From positions 34,702 through 98,701 of the forward strand of contig CAYNWK010000003.1 in the NCBI GenBank assembly GCA_964400875.1: a stretch of 64,000 bases of DNA. Direction: 5' to 3'. The DNA comes from an uncultured Anaerolineaceae bacterium (GTDB lineage: Bacteria; Chloroflexota; Anaerolineae; Anaerolineales; UBA4823). The translations under genes and the position numbers were made by a program. Each line of letters opens with the position of its first letter. Positions within the stretch are counted from its first letter, which is position 1. Positions 8,890-18,210 of this stretch are shown here, piece after piece. Below the pieces are notes generated by a model. It was given only the letters and a program-made list of their open reading frames with translations, was not told where the DNA came from and did not search any database.

Positions 8890-10113
8890 TCAGGCCACCC
8901 AGTACCAGTTGGCGAACAGGGCTGTAAACAGCCCCAGCCCCAGCGAAAACAGCACGTAGATCGACCACTCCACCCGTGGGTTTTCACCCCACTGCGCCAG
9001 CAGGGCGAAAGCCGGGAACAGCACCCACACGTAGCGCCGCTGGCTCATCAGCAGGCCGGAACTGAAGGGCACCAGCGCGCCGAGCAAGACGAAAACTCCT
9101 TCGCTCCAACGATGCTGGACGAGCAAAATGACCCCCAGGGCTACAAAGGAAAGCACGAAGAGCAGGTCGATCCAATCGTTCACCGGCAGCCTGCCGGCCT
9201 GCAGGGCGGCGATCCAGCCGCCCGCTGGACGCTGAAACAAAGCTCCAATTGTCGCCCAGGGCGTGCTTGGAGCGCGCTCCCAGGCTGCAGAGGCGTGCAC
9301 GAAGGCCAGCGGGTCGCCGAAGATGCGCTGCTGGTAAAGCATAAAAGCTCCGGTGCCCAGGGGGACAGCAAGGGGCGCCAGGAGCGCGGCCCACGTGGGA
9401 CGGTCCCCCGGCGCACGGCTCCGCCGTTGGCTCCACCATTCGACCAGCAAGAGCGGCGCGATCAGTAAGCCCATTAAACGACTTAACGCGCCGAGCACGC
9501 CCAGCAGACCGGCGCTTTCCCAATAGCCCTTGCGGAAGAGATACAGCGCGCCGATGGCTGTTAACAAAAACAGGGATTCGCTGTAGATCGCCGAGCCGAA
9601 GAAGGAGGTCGGAAAGATCAGCAGAAACCAGACCGCCCGTGAGGCGATCTGCGCCCCCCAACTATCAGCAACCAGCTTGAAGAAGAGCACTGCCGCGCCC
9701 CACAGCGCCAGGTTAGTGACGATCAGGCCGGCGAGCAGCGCATCTCCGGTCAGGAATTTGACCGCCCGGATCAGCAAGGGCAGCAAGGGAAAGAAGGCCA
9801 CGGAGGGCAGTTCGACGCCCCGGTAAAAGTAGCCTTCCTCGGCAATGCTGAGGTAGAAGCCGGTGTCCCAGCGGCTGCCGAACACGTCCAAGACCACGTT
9901 TTCAGGGCGCAGGTGATAGGGCGGTATGCTGGAATCGACCAGCAGCGGTTCGGCGATCAGAGCGATCAACGCGATCCCCAGGCGGGTGATGATAAAAGCC
10001 AGCGTAGGAGTCCATAACCAGAGGAGAGCGCGATTTCGCGCTCTCCTCTCACCGGGTTGACCCCCAGCGTGCGCTTCAACCGGATCTGCCGGAGGCAATT
10101 TTGAGTCGCTCAC
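8890..10113 (-). CDS. Polytopic membrane glycosyltransferase, PIG-V-like mannosyltransferase family (GT-C fold)
   Basis: About 10 TM segments and an RWDTGFYLSIAEEGY motif resembling the PIG-V WD..hY..IA..GY box. GTG start after AAAAGGAGG. Confidence 0.7.
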   Translation of the reverse strand: MSDSKLPPADPVEAHAGGQPGERRARNRALLWLWTPTLAFIITRLGIALIALIAEPLLVDSSIPPYHLRPENVVLDVFGSRWDTGFYLSIAEEGYFYRGVELPSVAFFPLLPLLIRAVKFLTGDALLAGLIVTNLALWGAAVLFFKLVADSWGAQIASRAVWFLLIFPTSFFGSAIYSESLFLLTAIGALYLFRKGYWESAGLLGVLGALSRLMGLLIAPLLLVEWWSQRRSRAPGDRPTWAALLAPLAVPLGTGAFMLYQQRIFGDPLAFVHASAAWERAPSTPWATIGALFQRPAGGWIAALQAGRLPVNDWIDLLFVLSFVALGVILLVQHRWSEGVFVLLGALVPFSSGLLMSQRRYVWVLFPAFALLAQWGENPRVEWSIYVLFSLGLGLFTALFANWYWVA

Positions 10114-10152
10114 CTTCCTCCTTTTGGGAGGGCTTTCGGAGCCCGGAACATC

Positions 10153-10632
10153 TTATGGGTTGTGGGCGAGGATGGGCATATAGTACAAGATGGAAAGCGC
10201 GCTATTTGCCGGCAGCGCGAAGACCGTAACATCGTCTTCTTTCGGCCGGTTGGGTGCATCCGCAGCCAGCCGGAAACTGACGGTTGCGCTGTCGCCCGCA
10301 GTGACGGTCACGAAGTAGTAACCCTCTTGCGCGCCGCTCGAGTCGATCACGAAGATCAGCTCGCCGTTCGAATCCGTGTTCACGCTGCCCAGATTTTGCC
10401 CGTTGACCTCGATTGTAGCCGTTGAATTGGGGGTGAATCCCTGGCCTGTGATGGTAAAGAAGCTGCCCGGCTGCCCGGTATGGTAATTCACCTGGAGCTC
10501 AACGGGGACGTAGGCGTTGGCATACTGCTGCCAGCTGTAGCCCTGCGCCGGCAAGCCTACGAAGGGGATCAGGGCTGCGCCGGAGACAAAGATCAACAGG
10601 GCGATCAAAATGCGGGGTAAACTTTTTTTCAT
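10153..10632 (-). CDS. Small secreted protein with a single Ig/IPT-TIG-like beta-sandwich domain
   Basis: Signal peptide MKKSLPRILIALLIFVSGAALIPF, then FFTITGQGFTPNSTATIEVNGQNLGSVNTDSNGELIFVI. ATG at 10632 preceded by AAGGAGG. Confidence 0.75.
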   Translation of the reverse strand: MKKSLPRILIALLIFVSGAALIPFVGLPAQGYSWQQYANAYVPVELQVNYHTGQPGSFFTITGQGFTPNSTATIEVNGQNLGSVNTDSNGELIFVIDSSGAQEGYYFVTVTAGDSATVSFRLAADAPNRPKEDDVTVFALPANSALSILYYMPILAHNP

Positions 10633-10683
10633 GGGTCGTACCTCCTTGTTTTGAAACTTCTGGTTATCTTGGAACTTGAACAG

Positions 10684-10757
10684 CAAGTGGGAGTTTAGGG
10701 GCCTCCGGGTGGGTCACACGCCTACCCGAACTCCCTCGATACAATGGTTACGCAAGT
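10684..10757. repeat. Degenerate member of the intergenic palindrome family
   Basis: caagtgggagtttagggg…cccgaactccctcg…ggttacgcaagtg shares its end motifs (cgaactccct, ttacgca) with the copies at 46600 and 26374. Confidence 0.45.
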
Positions 10758-10759
10758 GT

Positions 10760-12325
10760 TTAGGGGAGATCGGCCGGGATGATCTGGTAGATGGGCCCTT
10801 CCTTTTCGGTTTTTAGGTTTCTTGGCAGGTTCAAAGGCCGGCTGTCGATGTACACCGGCTTTACTCCCGCGTTAGCCTTAAGCGCCCGGTTCAAATCTTC
10901 GGTCGAGATCAAAAAGCGGTTGACCGCTTGCACATCCGGGCGCTGCCCTTCGACCAATTGGAGATATTCGACTATCGGGACGGTGTCCCACCAGCCGAAG
11001 ATGATCGCTCCTGGTTCAACTTCGTGAAGGATCGTCTCCCCCAGGATGCGCGCGCTGCGGTCGTTCGAGAGGTCAACCAGCGGCCAGTTCCAGGCGGCGG
11101 CCAGCAGCACTAAACCGGCCAGTGCAGCTTCCAAAAATCTGCGGCTCCACAGGCCGGTACTGCGAGGTTGGGCCTGCCCAGCCCAGTCCAACAGCCCCTG
11201 GTAGCCGTAACCGACCCACAGCGCCCAAACCAGGTAGGCCGGGAGGAACATGGTCTCTTTGTCGATCACCCGGTAGCCGATGTAAAAGATCGCGCTGGCG
11301 GCGAACATCAGGACGAGCATCAGCGCTTCTCCGGTCTTGCGTTTGGCCATCCAATACAGCCCCAGCAACCCCGGGACAATCCCGAGAGCGAAGAAGCTGC
11401 GCGCCAGTTGGGCGCCGAAGCGCAGCGCTTCACCCCACAGCTCCCCCCCACGGTAGGCGAACATCTGCCCGGCGAAAGCCTGCCCGGAGATCAGCCACCA
11501 GAACCCCTGCCAAGTGGCCAAGTCGACCGGCTTGAAGGCCAGTCCGGCGGAGTATACGCCGGCGTAATTGAAGGCCGGTTGGGCCGCGTACCGCCAGGGC
11601 AAGTACAGATAAACGCTCAGCCCGGCTAGACAGGCGAGCGCCGTCAGAGAAAGTCCCCGCCACTCCAGGGTCCGGCGTAAGGGGGCGCTGACGGCGACGA
11701 AAAGCAGCGCGCCGGGGACGAGCAGTACTGTCGCGGCGTGGTTGCCCATGCTCAAACCGCCAAGCAGTCCAACCAGCGCCAGCCTTCCCAGTGAAGGCTG
11801 CTCCTTCCAGCGCAGCAACGCCAGGATCAACCCGGCCATCAGGGCGGTGTGCAGGGTGTAGACCTCGGCGATCAGCGCCATGCCCCAGAAAAAGGTCGAA
11901 GTCGCAAGCAGACCTACAGCGCCGAGCGCGGCCCAGAATCTGACCCCCCAGCGCTGAAGGATCCGGTCGGCCAGGGCCAGGGTCAGGGCGCCGTTGAAGG
12001 CCGAGAACAAGTTGAGTCTGAAGCCAACGTCGCCAAGGGGCAGCCTGGCCCATAAATTGCCCAGGATGAGGTACAGCGGGTACCCGGTTGCCCGCACGAT
12101 CCCCCCGGTGGCGGCGGCGGTGGTCAGCTCGGCGCTGTCCAGGTTGTAGATCGTTGGGGCGGCGGTGAAGAAATACACCAAAAAAGCCACGCAGAAGACG
12201 ATCAGGGTGCGCGCGTCGAATAAAGCGCTCGCAACCCGGCGGGCGCTGGCGATCGGGGCTTCGTAGAAACCCTGTAAGAGTCGATGGGATCCCCAATTGG
12301 GCAGGTTTATCTGTCGTTTGATCAT
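10760..12325 (-). CDS. DUF2723 / TMEM260-like GT-C membrane glycosyltransferase (putative protein O-mannosyltransferase family)
   Basis: FLVYFFTAAPTIYNLDSAELTTAA…TGYPLYLILG matches the DUF2723 N-terminal pattern. It has at least 11 TM segments and a soluble C-terminal domain. Confidence 0.75.
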   Translation of the reverse strand: MIKRQINLPNWGSHRLLQGFYEAPIASARRVASALFDARTLIVFCVAFLVYFFTAAPTIYNLDSAELTTAAATGGIVRATGYPLYLILGNLWARLPLGDVGFRLNLFSAFNGALTLALADRILQRWGVRFWAALGAVGLLATSTFFWGMALIAEVYTLHTALMAGLILALLRWKEQPSLGRLALVGLLGGLSMGNHAATVLLVPGALLFVAVSAPLRRTLEWRGLSLTALACLAGLSVYLYLPWRYAAQPAFNYAGVYSAGLAFKPVDLATWQGFWWLISGQAFAGQMFAYRGGELWGEALRFGAQLARSFFALGIVPGLLGLYWMAKRKTGEALMLVLMFAASAIFYIGYRVIDKETMFLPAYLVWALWVGYGYQGLLDWAGQAQPRSTGLWSRRFLEAALAGLVLLAAAWNWPLVDLSNDRSARILGETILHEVEPGAIIFGWWDTVPIVEYLQLVEGQRPDVQAVNRFLISTEDLNRALKANAGVKPVYIDSRPLNLPRNLKTEKEGPIYQIIPADLP

Positions 12326-12502
12326 TTTCCGTGCGCTTTGAAAAGTGTACAGAATCCCCTGACTATTCTTTTCTTATTATACGAAACAGGATGGAGTCTG
12401 GATCTATCCCCCGAAAGTAACCCCTTTTAGCGTTCGCCCCCTGAAATTCTCGGCTGTAACGAGGAAAACCAGGTCCCCGGGAAGGGTGGTAAACTCGATA
12501 AC

Positions 12503-13318
12503 ATGAAAGCCGAGATCAGAGAATTACTCACCGACTTCAAAGCTGCGGCCCGACTCGGGCACCCGGATTCGCTGGCAGTGGCGATGGAGGGGCTGCGCGC
12601 CCTGCCCGAGGTGTCGGGGAACGAGGCTTTTGGCGAGGCCTTCCTCGACAACGTCATACTTCCGGTGGGGTCAGCCTTAATGCACCCGCGCGCAGACGAA
12701 AACCTGCTGCTTGCCTGGCTCGACGACCCGCTGACCGGGGTGCGCGCGGTGAGCGCGGCGGCCCTCGCCGGACGCTGGACGGCGGGGGAAGACGCCACCG
12801 AGGCGCTGCACCGCGCCGGGAGTGACCCGCGCGCGGAGACGCGACTGGCGCTGGCCAAAGCCCTGACTCGAGGCAGCGTGGAGAAACAGCAGGCTGCCGC
12901 TCGCCTGGCCTGCGGCTGGCTGAACGACCGTTCCCCGCGGCTGCGCCAGACCGCCTTGCTGGCGCTGAGCGGGCTGGCCGAGTCGTCCGCCGTGGACCAG
13001 GCCCGGGCGGAAGAGATCCTGGCCCGCCTCGATGCGCTCTCCGGCGAAGCTGATGCGGAGGTGCGCGCCGCGCTAGTCGCGGCCCTGATCTCCCTGGCGG
13101 AGGCCGGCTACCCGGACCTGCTGCTGGATCTGTTGAAGCGCTGGGGCGACCTGGAAAGCGATAATACCTGGGTGATCACCAGGACCCTGTCCGCTTCCTG
13201 GGCTGCCGACCACCTGGCGCGAGCCGCCGCGATCCTGGATCGGCTGGCCGGCCGCGCCGCGGCCGGTCGTTACGTTGAGTCTGCTCGCCGGGCGCTCGAA
13301 CGTCACCAGGCGCGCTGA
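12503..13318 (+). CDS. Hypothetical alpha-helical (HEAT/ARM-like repeat) protein
   Basis: 271-aa Ala/Leu-rich ORF with repeated helix pairs (…DPRAETRLALAKAL…, …DRSPRLRQTALLAL…, …DAEVRAALVAAL…). The frame is consistent with local coding bias. Confidence 0.6.
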   Translation: MKAEIRELLTDFKAAARLGHPDSLAVAMEGLRALPEVSGNEAFGEAFLDNVILPVGSALMHPRADENLLLAWLDDPLTGVRAVSAAALAGRWTAGEDATEALHRAGSDPRAETRLALAKALTRGSVEKQQAAARLACGWLNDRSPRLRQTALLALSGLAESSAVDQARAEEILARLDALSGEADAEVRAALVAALISLAEAGYPDLLLDLLKRWGDLESDNTWVITRTLSASWAADHLARAAAILDRLAGRAAAGRYVESARRALERHQAR

Positions 13319-13326
13319 TCCCCCTA

Positions 13327-14535
13327 ATGTGGTCCAAACTCCCGGACAAGCTCAAGATCCTGCTGGGCTCGATGATCCTGGCAAATATCGGCGGCCGCCT
13401 GTACCGCCCGTTCATGCCGCTGTACATCCTTTCCCTGGGCGGGACGGTCGCACAAGTGGGGGTGTTCTACACCGTCAACACCATGTCGGCGGCGGTGCTG
13501 CGCCCGCTGGGAGGCTGGTTCTCGGATTCGATTGGCCGGCTGCAGGCCGTTGGGTTAGGCACCTTGTTCGGTTTGGGCGGCATGTTAGGTTACGCCTTGT
13601 CGCCGAGCTGGGCCTGGCTGCTCGTCTCGGCGGTGGTGCTGGCCTTTGGCCGCGCCGTGGTCGGCCCTTCCTTCCGGGCGTTCACCGCCGAGGCGGCCCC
13701 GCCGGAGCAGATGGCCCAGGCGTTTGGGCTGGTGAATGGCGTGTTCAACGTCGTGGACGTGATCGGCCCGGCTCTGGGCGGCTGGGTGGTGACGACTTTT
13801 GGCCTGCCCAGCGTCTTCTGGTGGGCGGTGGCGTTTATGAGCGCGGCGACCGTGCTGCGGGTAGGAGTGGCCCTCGGGCAGCCTTATCGCTGGGAACGGG
13901 TCCGGCTGGCGAGCCTGCGCTCCGGTTTATCCGGGATGTGGCTCGCCATCATCGGCGGGGGACTGTTCAGCTGGCTGCTGTTAACCGACAGCCTGCGCGA
14001 TTTCGGCATCAGCCTGTTTGAGAACTTCCAGCCGGTCTTGATGCAGGCCCAGGGCCTAAACGAGGCGCGCATCGGCGTGTATTACTCCCTGTTCGCCATC
14101 GTTTACCTGCTGGTCAACCTGTTCGGCAGCCGGCTGGCAGACCGCTGGAGCGCCGCGGGCGCGCTAGCCCTGGGCGGGCTGATCCAGGTGAGCGGGCTGG
14201 TCTTGCTGGTTTTTTATGCAGCGCCGGGGATCTTTCCGGTATACTTTGTGGTCGTCGGGGCGGGCCTGGGGTTGGGCGACCCGGCTTTCGACGCCATGCT
14301 TGCCCGGTCGGCGCCCGGCGGCCATATGGGCATGACCTTTGGCCTGTTCAGCACCGCCACCAGCTTCCTGGCGATGCCGGCGCCGTACCTGGGGGGCCTG
14401 CTCTATGGACGGGTCAGCTCGCTGACCCCATTCTGGAGCGGAGCGATTTTCCTGCTCGCCGCGGCCGTGTTCACCTGGTTCTATTTACGGCCCCACGCAG
14501 AGCGAGCCGCCGCGCAGGTCTCGTCCGCAGATTGA
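13327..14535 (+). CDS. MFS transporter
   Basis: About 12 TM segments and an MFS motif-A-like GGWFSDSIGR between TM2 and TM3. Confidence 0.88.
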   Translation: MWSKLPDKLKILLGSMILANIGGRLYRPFMPLYILSLGGTVAQVGVFYTVNTMSAAVLRPLGGWFSDSIGRLQAVGLGTLFGLGGMLGYALSPSWAWLLVSAVVLAFGRAVVGPSFRAFTAEAAPPEQMAQAFGLVNGVFNVVDVIGPALGGWVVTTFGLPSVFWWAVAFMSAATVLRVGVALGQPYRWERVRLASLRSGLSGMWLAIIGGGLFSWLLLTDSLRDFGISLFENFQPVLMQAQGLNEARIGVYYSLFAIVYLLVNLFGSRLADRWSAAGALALGGLIQVSGLVLLVFYAAPGIFPVYFVVVGAGLGLGDPAFDAMLARSAPGGHMGMTFGLFSTATSFLAMPAPYLGGLLYGRVSSLTPFWSGAIFLLAAAVFTWFYLRPHAERAAAQVSSAD

Positions 14536-14539
14536 ACGG

Positions 14540-14564
14540 CCCACTTTCTCGGAGACCTGCGTAA
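14540..14564. repeat. Half-copy (one arm) of the intergenic palindrome family
   Basis: cccactttctcggagacctgcgtaa is the reverse complement of the left arm ttacgcagtcctccgagaaagtggg, with 2 differences. Confidence 0.6.
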
Positions 14565-14592
14565 CTCCTATCTGTTTTATTTGAGGATGTTT

Positions 14593-15939
14593 ATGCCACA
14601 GACAACCGATTCACAGACGTTGCCGCTCGATCTCGGAGATGGTCTGATCCTGCGCCGGGCCACAAAAGCCGATACCCAGGCCCTGGTGGACTTCAACGGC
14701 AAGATCCACGCCGAGGGGGGCAACGAGAGGGAGGATAAGGTCGCCGAGTGGACCCGCGACCTGATGGAAAAACCGCACCCGACTTTCGAGGTGGGCGATT
14801 TCACCATTGTGGAAGACACCGAAAAGGGCAAGATCGTTTCGACGCTCAACCTGATCTCGCAGACCTGGGCTTACGGAGGCATCCCCTTCGGCGTCGGCCG
14901 GCCGGAGCTGGTCGGCACGGACCCGGATTACCGCCACCGCGGGCTGGTGCGCGCCCAGTTCGACGTGATCCACCGGTGGAGCGCGGCGCGCGGCGAGCGG
15001 ATGCAGGGCATCACCGGCATCCCCTATTACTACCGGATCTTCGGCTACGAAATGGGTCTGGACCTGGGCGGCGGTCGAGTCGGCTATCCTGTGCTCATCC
15101 CAAAGCTGAAAGAGGATCAAGAGGAGCCTTACCTGGCGCGGCCGGCGGAAGAAGCGGACCTGCCCTTCATCCAGCAGGTTTACGCAAGCTCGCTGGACCG
15201 CTACCTGGTCTCAGCTGTCTGGGATGAAGACTTGTTCCGCTACGAGCTGCAGGGGAAGAGCGAGTTCAACGTCAACCGCAGCACGCTCGAGGTGGTCACG
15301 ACACCGGAAGGAGAGCGGGTCGCCTTCCTGGCGCACGCCGCCTGGCTGTGGGGGCCAACGGTCCCGGTGACGCGCTACGAAGTGCGAGAAGGGGTTTCCT
15401 GGGCGGAGGTCACGCCCAGCGTGGTGCGCTACTTGCGGAAGCTGGGCGAGACCTATGCCGAGCGCGACGAGGGCGAGTTCGGCGCTTTCGCTTTTTGGCT
15501 GGGGAGCGACCACCCGGTTTACCACGTCATCGACGACCGGCTGCCGCGCACCCGCAAACCCTACGCCTGGTACGTGCGCATACCCGATCTGCCCGGTTTC
15601 CTGACGCACATCCGCCCCGTCCTGGAGCAGAAGCTGGCCAACTCGCCCCTGGCCGGGCACAGCGGCGAGCTCAAGATCTCTTTCTACCGGGATGGGCTGC
15701 GCCTGAAGTTCGAACGCGGCCGCCTCGTCGAAGTCGCCGCGTGGGTGCCGGAACCCTTTGGCCATTCCGGGGACGCCGGCTTTCCCGGCCTGACCTTCCT
15801 GCAGCTGCTGATGGCCTACCGCTCGTTGGCCGAGTTGAAGTATGCCTTCGCCGACTGTTGGACCGACGGCGATGAGGCCGCCGCCCTACTGGAAGCGCTG
15901 TTCCCCAAGCAGCTCTCCGACGTTTGGCCGGTCTCCTGA
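14593..15939 (+). CDS. GNAT-family N-acetyltransferase, large Eis-like architecture
   Basis: N-terminal GNAT fold with a YRHRGLVRAQF acetyl-CoA loop and a long C-terminal extension. The ATG at 14593 lies 5 nt after GAGGA. Confidence 0.7.
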   Translation: MPQTTDSQTLPLDLGDGLILRRATKADTQALVDFNGKIHAEGGNEREDKVAEWTRDLMEKPHPTFEVGDFTIVEDTEKGKIVSTLNLISQTWAYGGIPFGVGRPELVGTDPDYRHRGLVRAQFDVIHRWSAARGERMQGITGIPYYYRIFGYEMGLDLGGGRVGYPVLIPKLKEDQEEPYLARPAEEADLPFIQQVYASSLDRYLVSAVWDEDLFRYELQGKSEFNVNRSTLEVVTTPEGERVAFLAHAAWLWGPTVPVTRYEVREGVSWAEVTPSVVRYLRKLGETYAERDEGEFGAFAFWLGSDHPVYHVIDDRLPRTRKPYAWYVRIPDLPGFLTHIRPVLEQKLANSPLAGHSGELKISFYRDGLRLKFERGRLVEVAAWVPEPFGHSGDAGFPGLTFLQLLMAYRSLAELKYAFADCWTDGDEAAALLEALFPKQLSDVWPVS

Positions 15940-15999
15940 GAGCAGGGTTGGGTTTGTTTCGAGGCGCAGTTCCCGCCAAAACAAACCCGGTTACTCATC

Positions 16000-16032
16000 A
16001 AAAAAGCGCCCATGCCGGGCGCTTTTCGTTTT
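16000..16032. terminator. Bidirectional intrinsic terminator between convergent genes
   Basis: aaaaaGCGCCCatgccGGGCGCttttcgtttt: a GC stem flanked by an A-run and a T-run. Confidence 0.7.
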
Positions 16033-16053
16033 GTCAGAAAGTATTCGTGCAGG

Positions 16054-16998
16054 CTAAGAGACCGCCTCGGTCGCCTCGGCGTAGACCGGGTTGATCCAGT
16101 GGCGGTAATCGTCCCTGCGCCCGCGCACGATCTCATTGAAGAGCTGACGCAGCTGGGTGACGACCGGTCCCATCACGCCGGCGCCGATCGGGCGGTGATC
16201 CACCCGGGTGACCGCCATGATCTGGGCGGCGGTGCCGGTCATGAAGAATTCGTCGCACAGGTATACCTCGGTGCGATCGATCTTGCGTTCGATCACCGGC
16301 AGTCCCAGCTCGCGGTCGGCCAGTTCGATGACGCTCTTGCGGGTGATGCCTTCGAGGATGTTTTCCGTCACCGGCGGGGTGATCACGGCGCCGTCGCGCA
16401 CCATGAAGATGTTCATGGCGCTGCCTTCGGATACGTGACCGTCCTGGGTCAGCACCAGCGCCTCGTCGAAACCGGCGCGCACGGCGTCGGTCTTGATGAA
16501 CGCCGAGTTGGCGTAAGCGCCGCTGATCTTGCCGCGCGCCGGGATCATGTTATCGTCGACGCGCCGCCAGGATGAGAAGGTCACGTGGGCGTTGGTGTCG
16601 TTGGAGACGTAGCGGTCGAAAGGTACGGAGACGATGGTCAGTTCGTCGTGCAGTCCGTGCAGCTTGACGCCGATCATCTCGTCGGACTTGTATGCCAGCG
16701 GGCGGATGTAAACGTCTCTGCGGTGACCGTCTGCGCGCAGCAGTTCGACCGTGATCTCGGTCAAGCTCTCGGCGGTCTGGTTCAGCTCCATGGCTAACAG
16801 TGTGGCTGAGTTCAGGAAGCGGTGGTAGTGATCGCGAGCCCGGAAGATGAACAGCTGCTCTTGTTCATCGTTCCAGTAGGCGCGCAGTCCTCCGAAGGCG
16901 GCGGTGCCGTAGTTCAATCCATGGGTCAGCACTCCTATCCGCGCCTCGGAATAAGGGACGATCTTACCTTTGAAGTACGCATGAATCGGTAGGTCCAT
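16054..16998 (-). CDS. ilvE: Branched-chain amino acid aminotransferase (class IV PLP enzyme)
   Basis: 314 aa with …EGSAMNIFMVRDGAVITPP…LEGITR…, typical of IlvE. Confidence 0.9.
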   Translation of the reverse strand: MDLPIHAYFKGKIVPYSEARIGVLTHGLNYGTAAFGGLRAYWNDEQEQLFIFRARDHYHRFLNSATLLAMELNQTAESLTEITVELLRADGHRRDVYIRPLAYKSDEMIGVKLHGLHDELTIVSVPFDRYVSNDTNAHVTFSSWRRVDDNMIPARGKISGAYANSAFIKTDAVRAGFDEALVLTQDGHVSEGSAMNIFMVRDGAVITPPVTENILEGITRKSVIELADRELGLPVIERKIDRTEVYLCDEFFMTGTAAQIMAVTRVDHRPIGAGVMGPVVTQLRQLFNEIVRGRRDDYRHWINPVYAEATEAVS

Positions 16999-17234
16999 GG
17001 GTCCGTCTCCTGCAGAACGATAAATCTAGATAGCTCTCGTCTGGACTTTCGCAGTGGGTTGGTGTGGTGGATAATCACTCCCTCGTTTTCCCAAGCATCA
17101 TGCAAGTCTGGAAGAAATTATAACACCTGGGGAAAGCGGGCAATCGCATAAGAGCGATTCCTCGTGGGATATGGGGGATGGCGACTGTCCAACAGGGAAG
17201 ATGTAATCGCCCTGGGCTTAATAAGAAGAAAGGG

Positions 17235-17263
17235 TTTTACTTTTGAATAGATAAGAGTATACT
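17235..17263 (+). promoter_or_regulatory. Candidate sigma70-type promoter for the 17304 operon
   Basis: TTTTAC, 17-nt spacer, TATACT, located about 40 nt upstream of the ATG at 17304. Confidence 0.35.
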
Positions 17264-17303
17264 TTTATGGGACGAAACCATCACTGGGGAACGGGAAGAC
17301 AGC

Positions 17304-18209
17304 ATGAAAAGAGCCGTCAGCATCAGCATTGGATCATCTAAGCGCGACAAGGCCGTCGAGGTGGAGCTGTTGGGGGAAAAAGTGCACATCGAGCGCATTG
17401 GCACCGACGGAGATATGCAAAAAGCTGCGCGGCTGTACCATGATATGGATGGCACAGTCGATGCTTTTGGCGTGGGCGGGGCCGACCTGGGCGTTTTGAT
17501 CGAGGATAAGTGGTACCCGCTGTACTCGGTGGCGCCCATGGTGCGCGGCATCGAGCACACGCCGGTGGTCGACGGCGCAGGGTTGAAGAACACCTTAGAG
17601 AACAAACTGGCCCCTTTCATCGACGCGCACCTGGGCGACTACGTTCAGGCGCAGGGTAAAAAGGCGCTGGTCACCCTCGGCGTGGACCGTTGGGGGATGA
17701 CAAAATCCTTCCTCGACGCAGGCTACGAGTGTGTTTTTGGTGACCTGATGTTCGGCCTAGGGATCCCCATCGCCATCCGCTCGGAGCGGGCTCTCAAGCG
17801 TATGGCGGCGATCTTGATGCCCATCGCCGGCCGCCTGCCTTTCGAGTGGGTTTACCCCACCGGGGAAAAACAGGAAAAGCGTGAGCCAAAGTGGGAGCAG
17901 CACTACGAGTGGGCTACCGTGATCGCTGGGGATTGCCATTACATCAAGCGGCATTTGCCGGATCGCCTGGAGGGCAAGATCATCGCCACGAACACCACCA
18001 CGCCCGCCGACGTCGAATTGTTCCGCCAGACCGGGATCAAATACCTGGTGACCTCCACCCCGGTGCTGGAGGGGCGCTCCTTCGGCACGAATATGATGGA
18101 AGCCGCCCTGATCGCCGTATCCGGGAAAGCGCGCCCGCTCACCCAGGACGAGCTCAACGAACTGCTGGACCGCTTAGGTTTTGAACCCCAACTGCAGGAG
18201 TTAAACTAA
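17304..18209 (+). CDS. Conserved uncharacterised protein. From memory, homologues are sometimes auto-annotated 'quinate 5-dehydrogenase'; I have not verified this.
   Basis: 301-aa ORF with N-terminus VSISIGSSKRDKAVEVELLGEKVHIERIGTDGD… and strong coding bias. The first gene of a tight three-gene operon. Confidence 0.6.
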   Translation: MKRAVSISIGSSKRDKAVEVELLGEKVHIERIGTDGDMQKAARLYHDMDGTVDAFGVGGADLGVLIEDKWYPLYSVAPMVRGIEHTPVVDGAGLKNTLENKLAPFIDAHLGDYVQAQGKKALVTLGVDRWGMTKSFLDAGYECVFGDLMFGLGIPIAIRSERALKRMAAILMPIAGRLPFEWVYPTGEKQEKREPKWEQHYEWATVIAGDCHYIKRHLPDRLEGKIIATNTTTPADVELFRQTGIKYLVTSTPVLEGRSFGTNMMEAALIAVSGKARPLTQDELNELLDRLGFEPQLQELN

Positions 18210-18210
18210 T

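Noticed and set aside
7562-8959. 465-aa ORF on the plus strand covering the whole gap locus
   Set aside because: It lies exactly antisense to an unmistakable GAPDH gene. It is Arg/Gly/Ala/Pro-rich with no recognisable motifs. This is the expected stop-codon-poor antisense frame of a high-GC gene.
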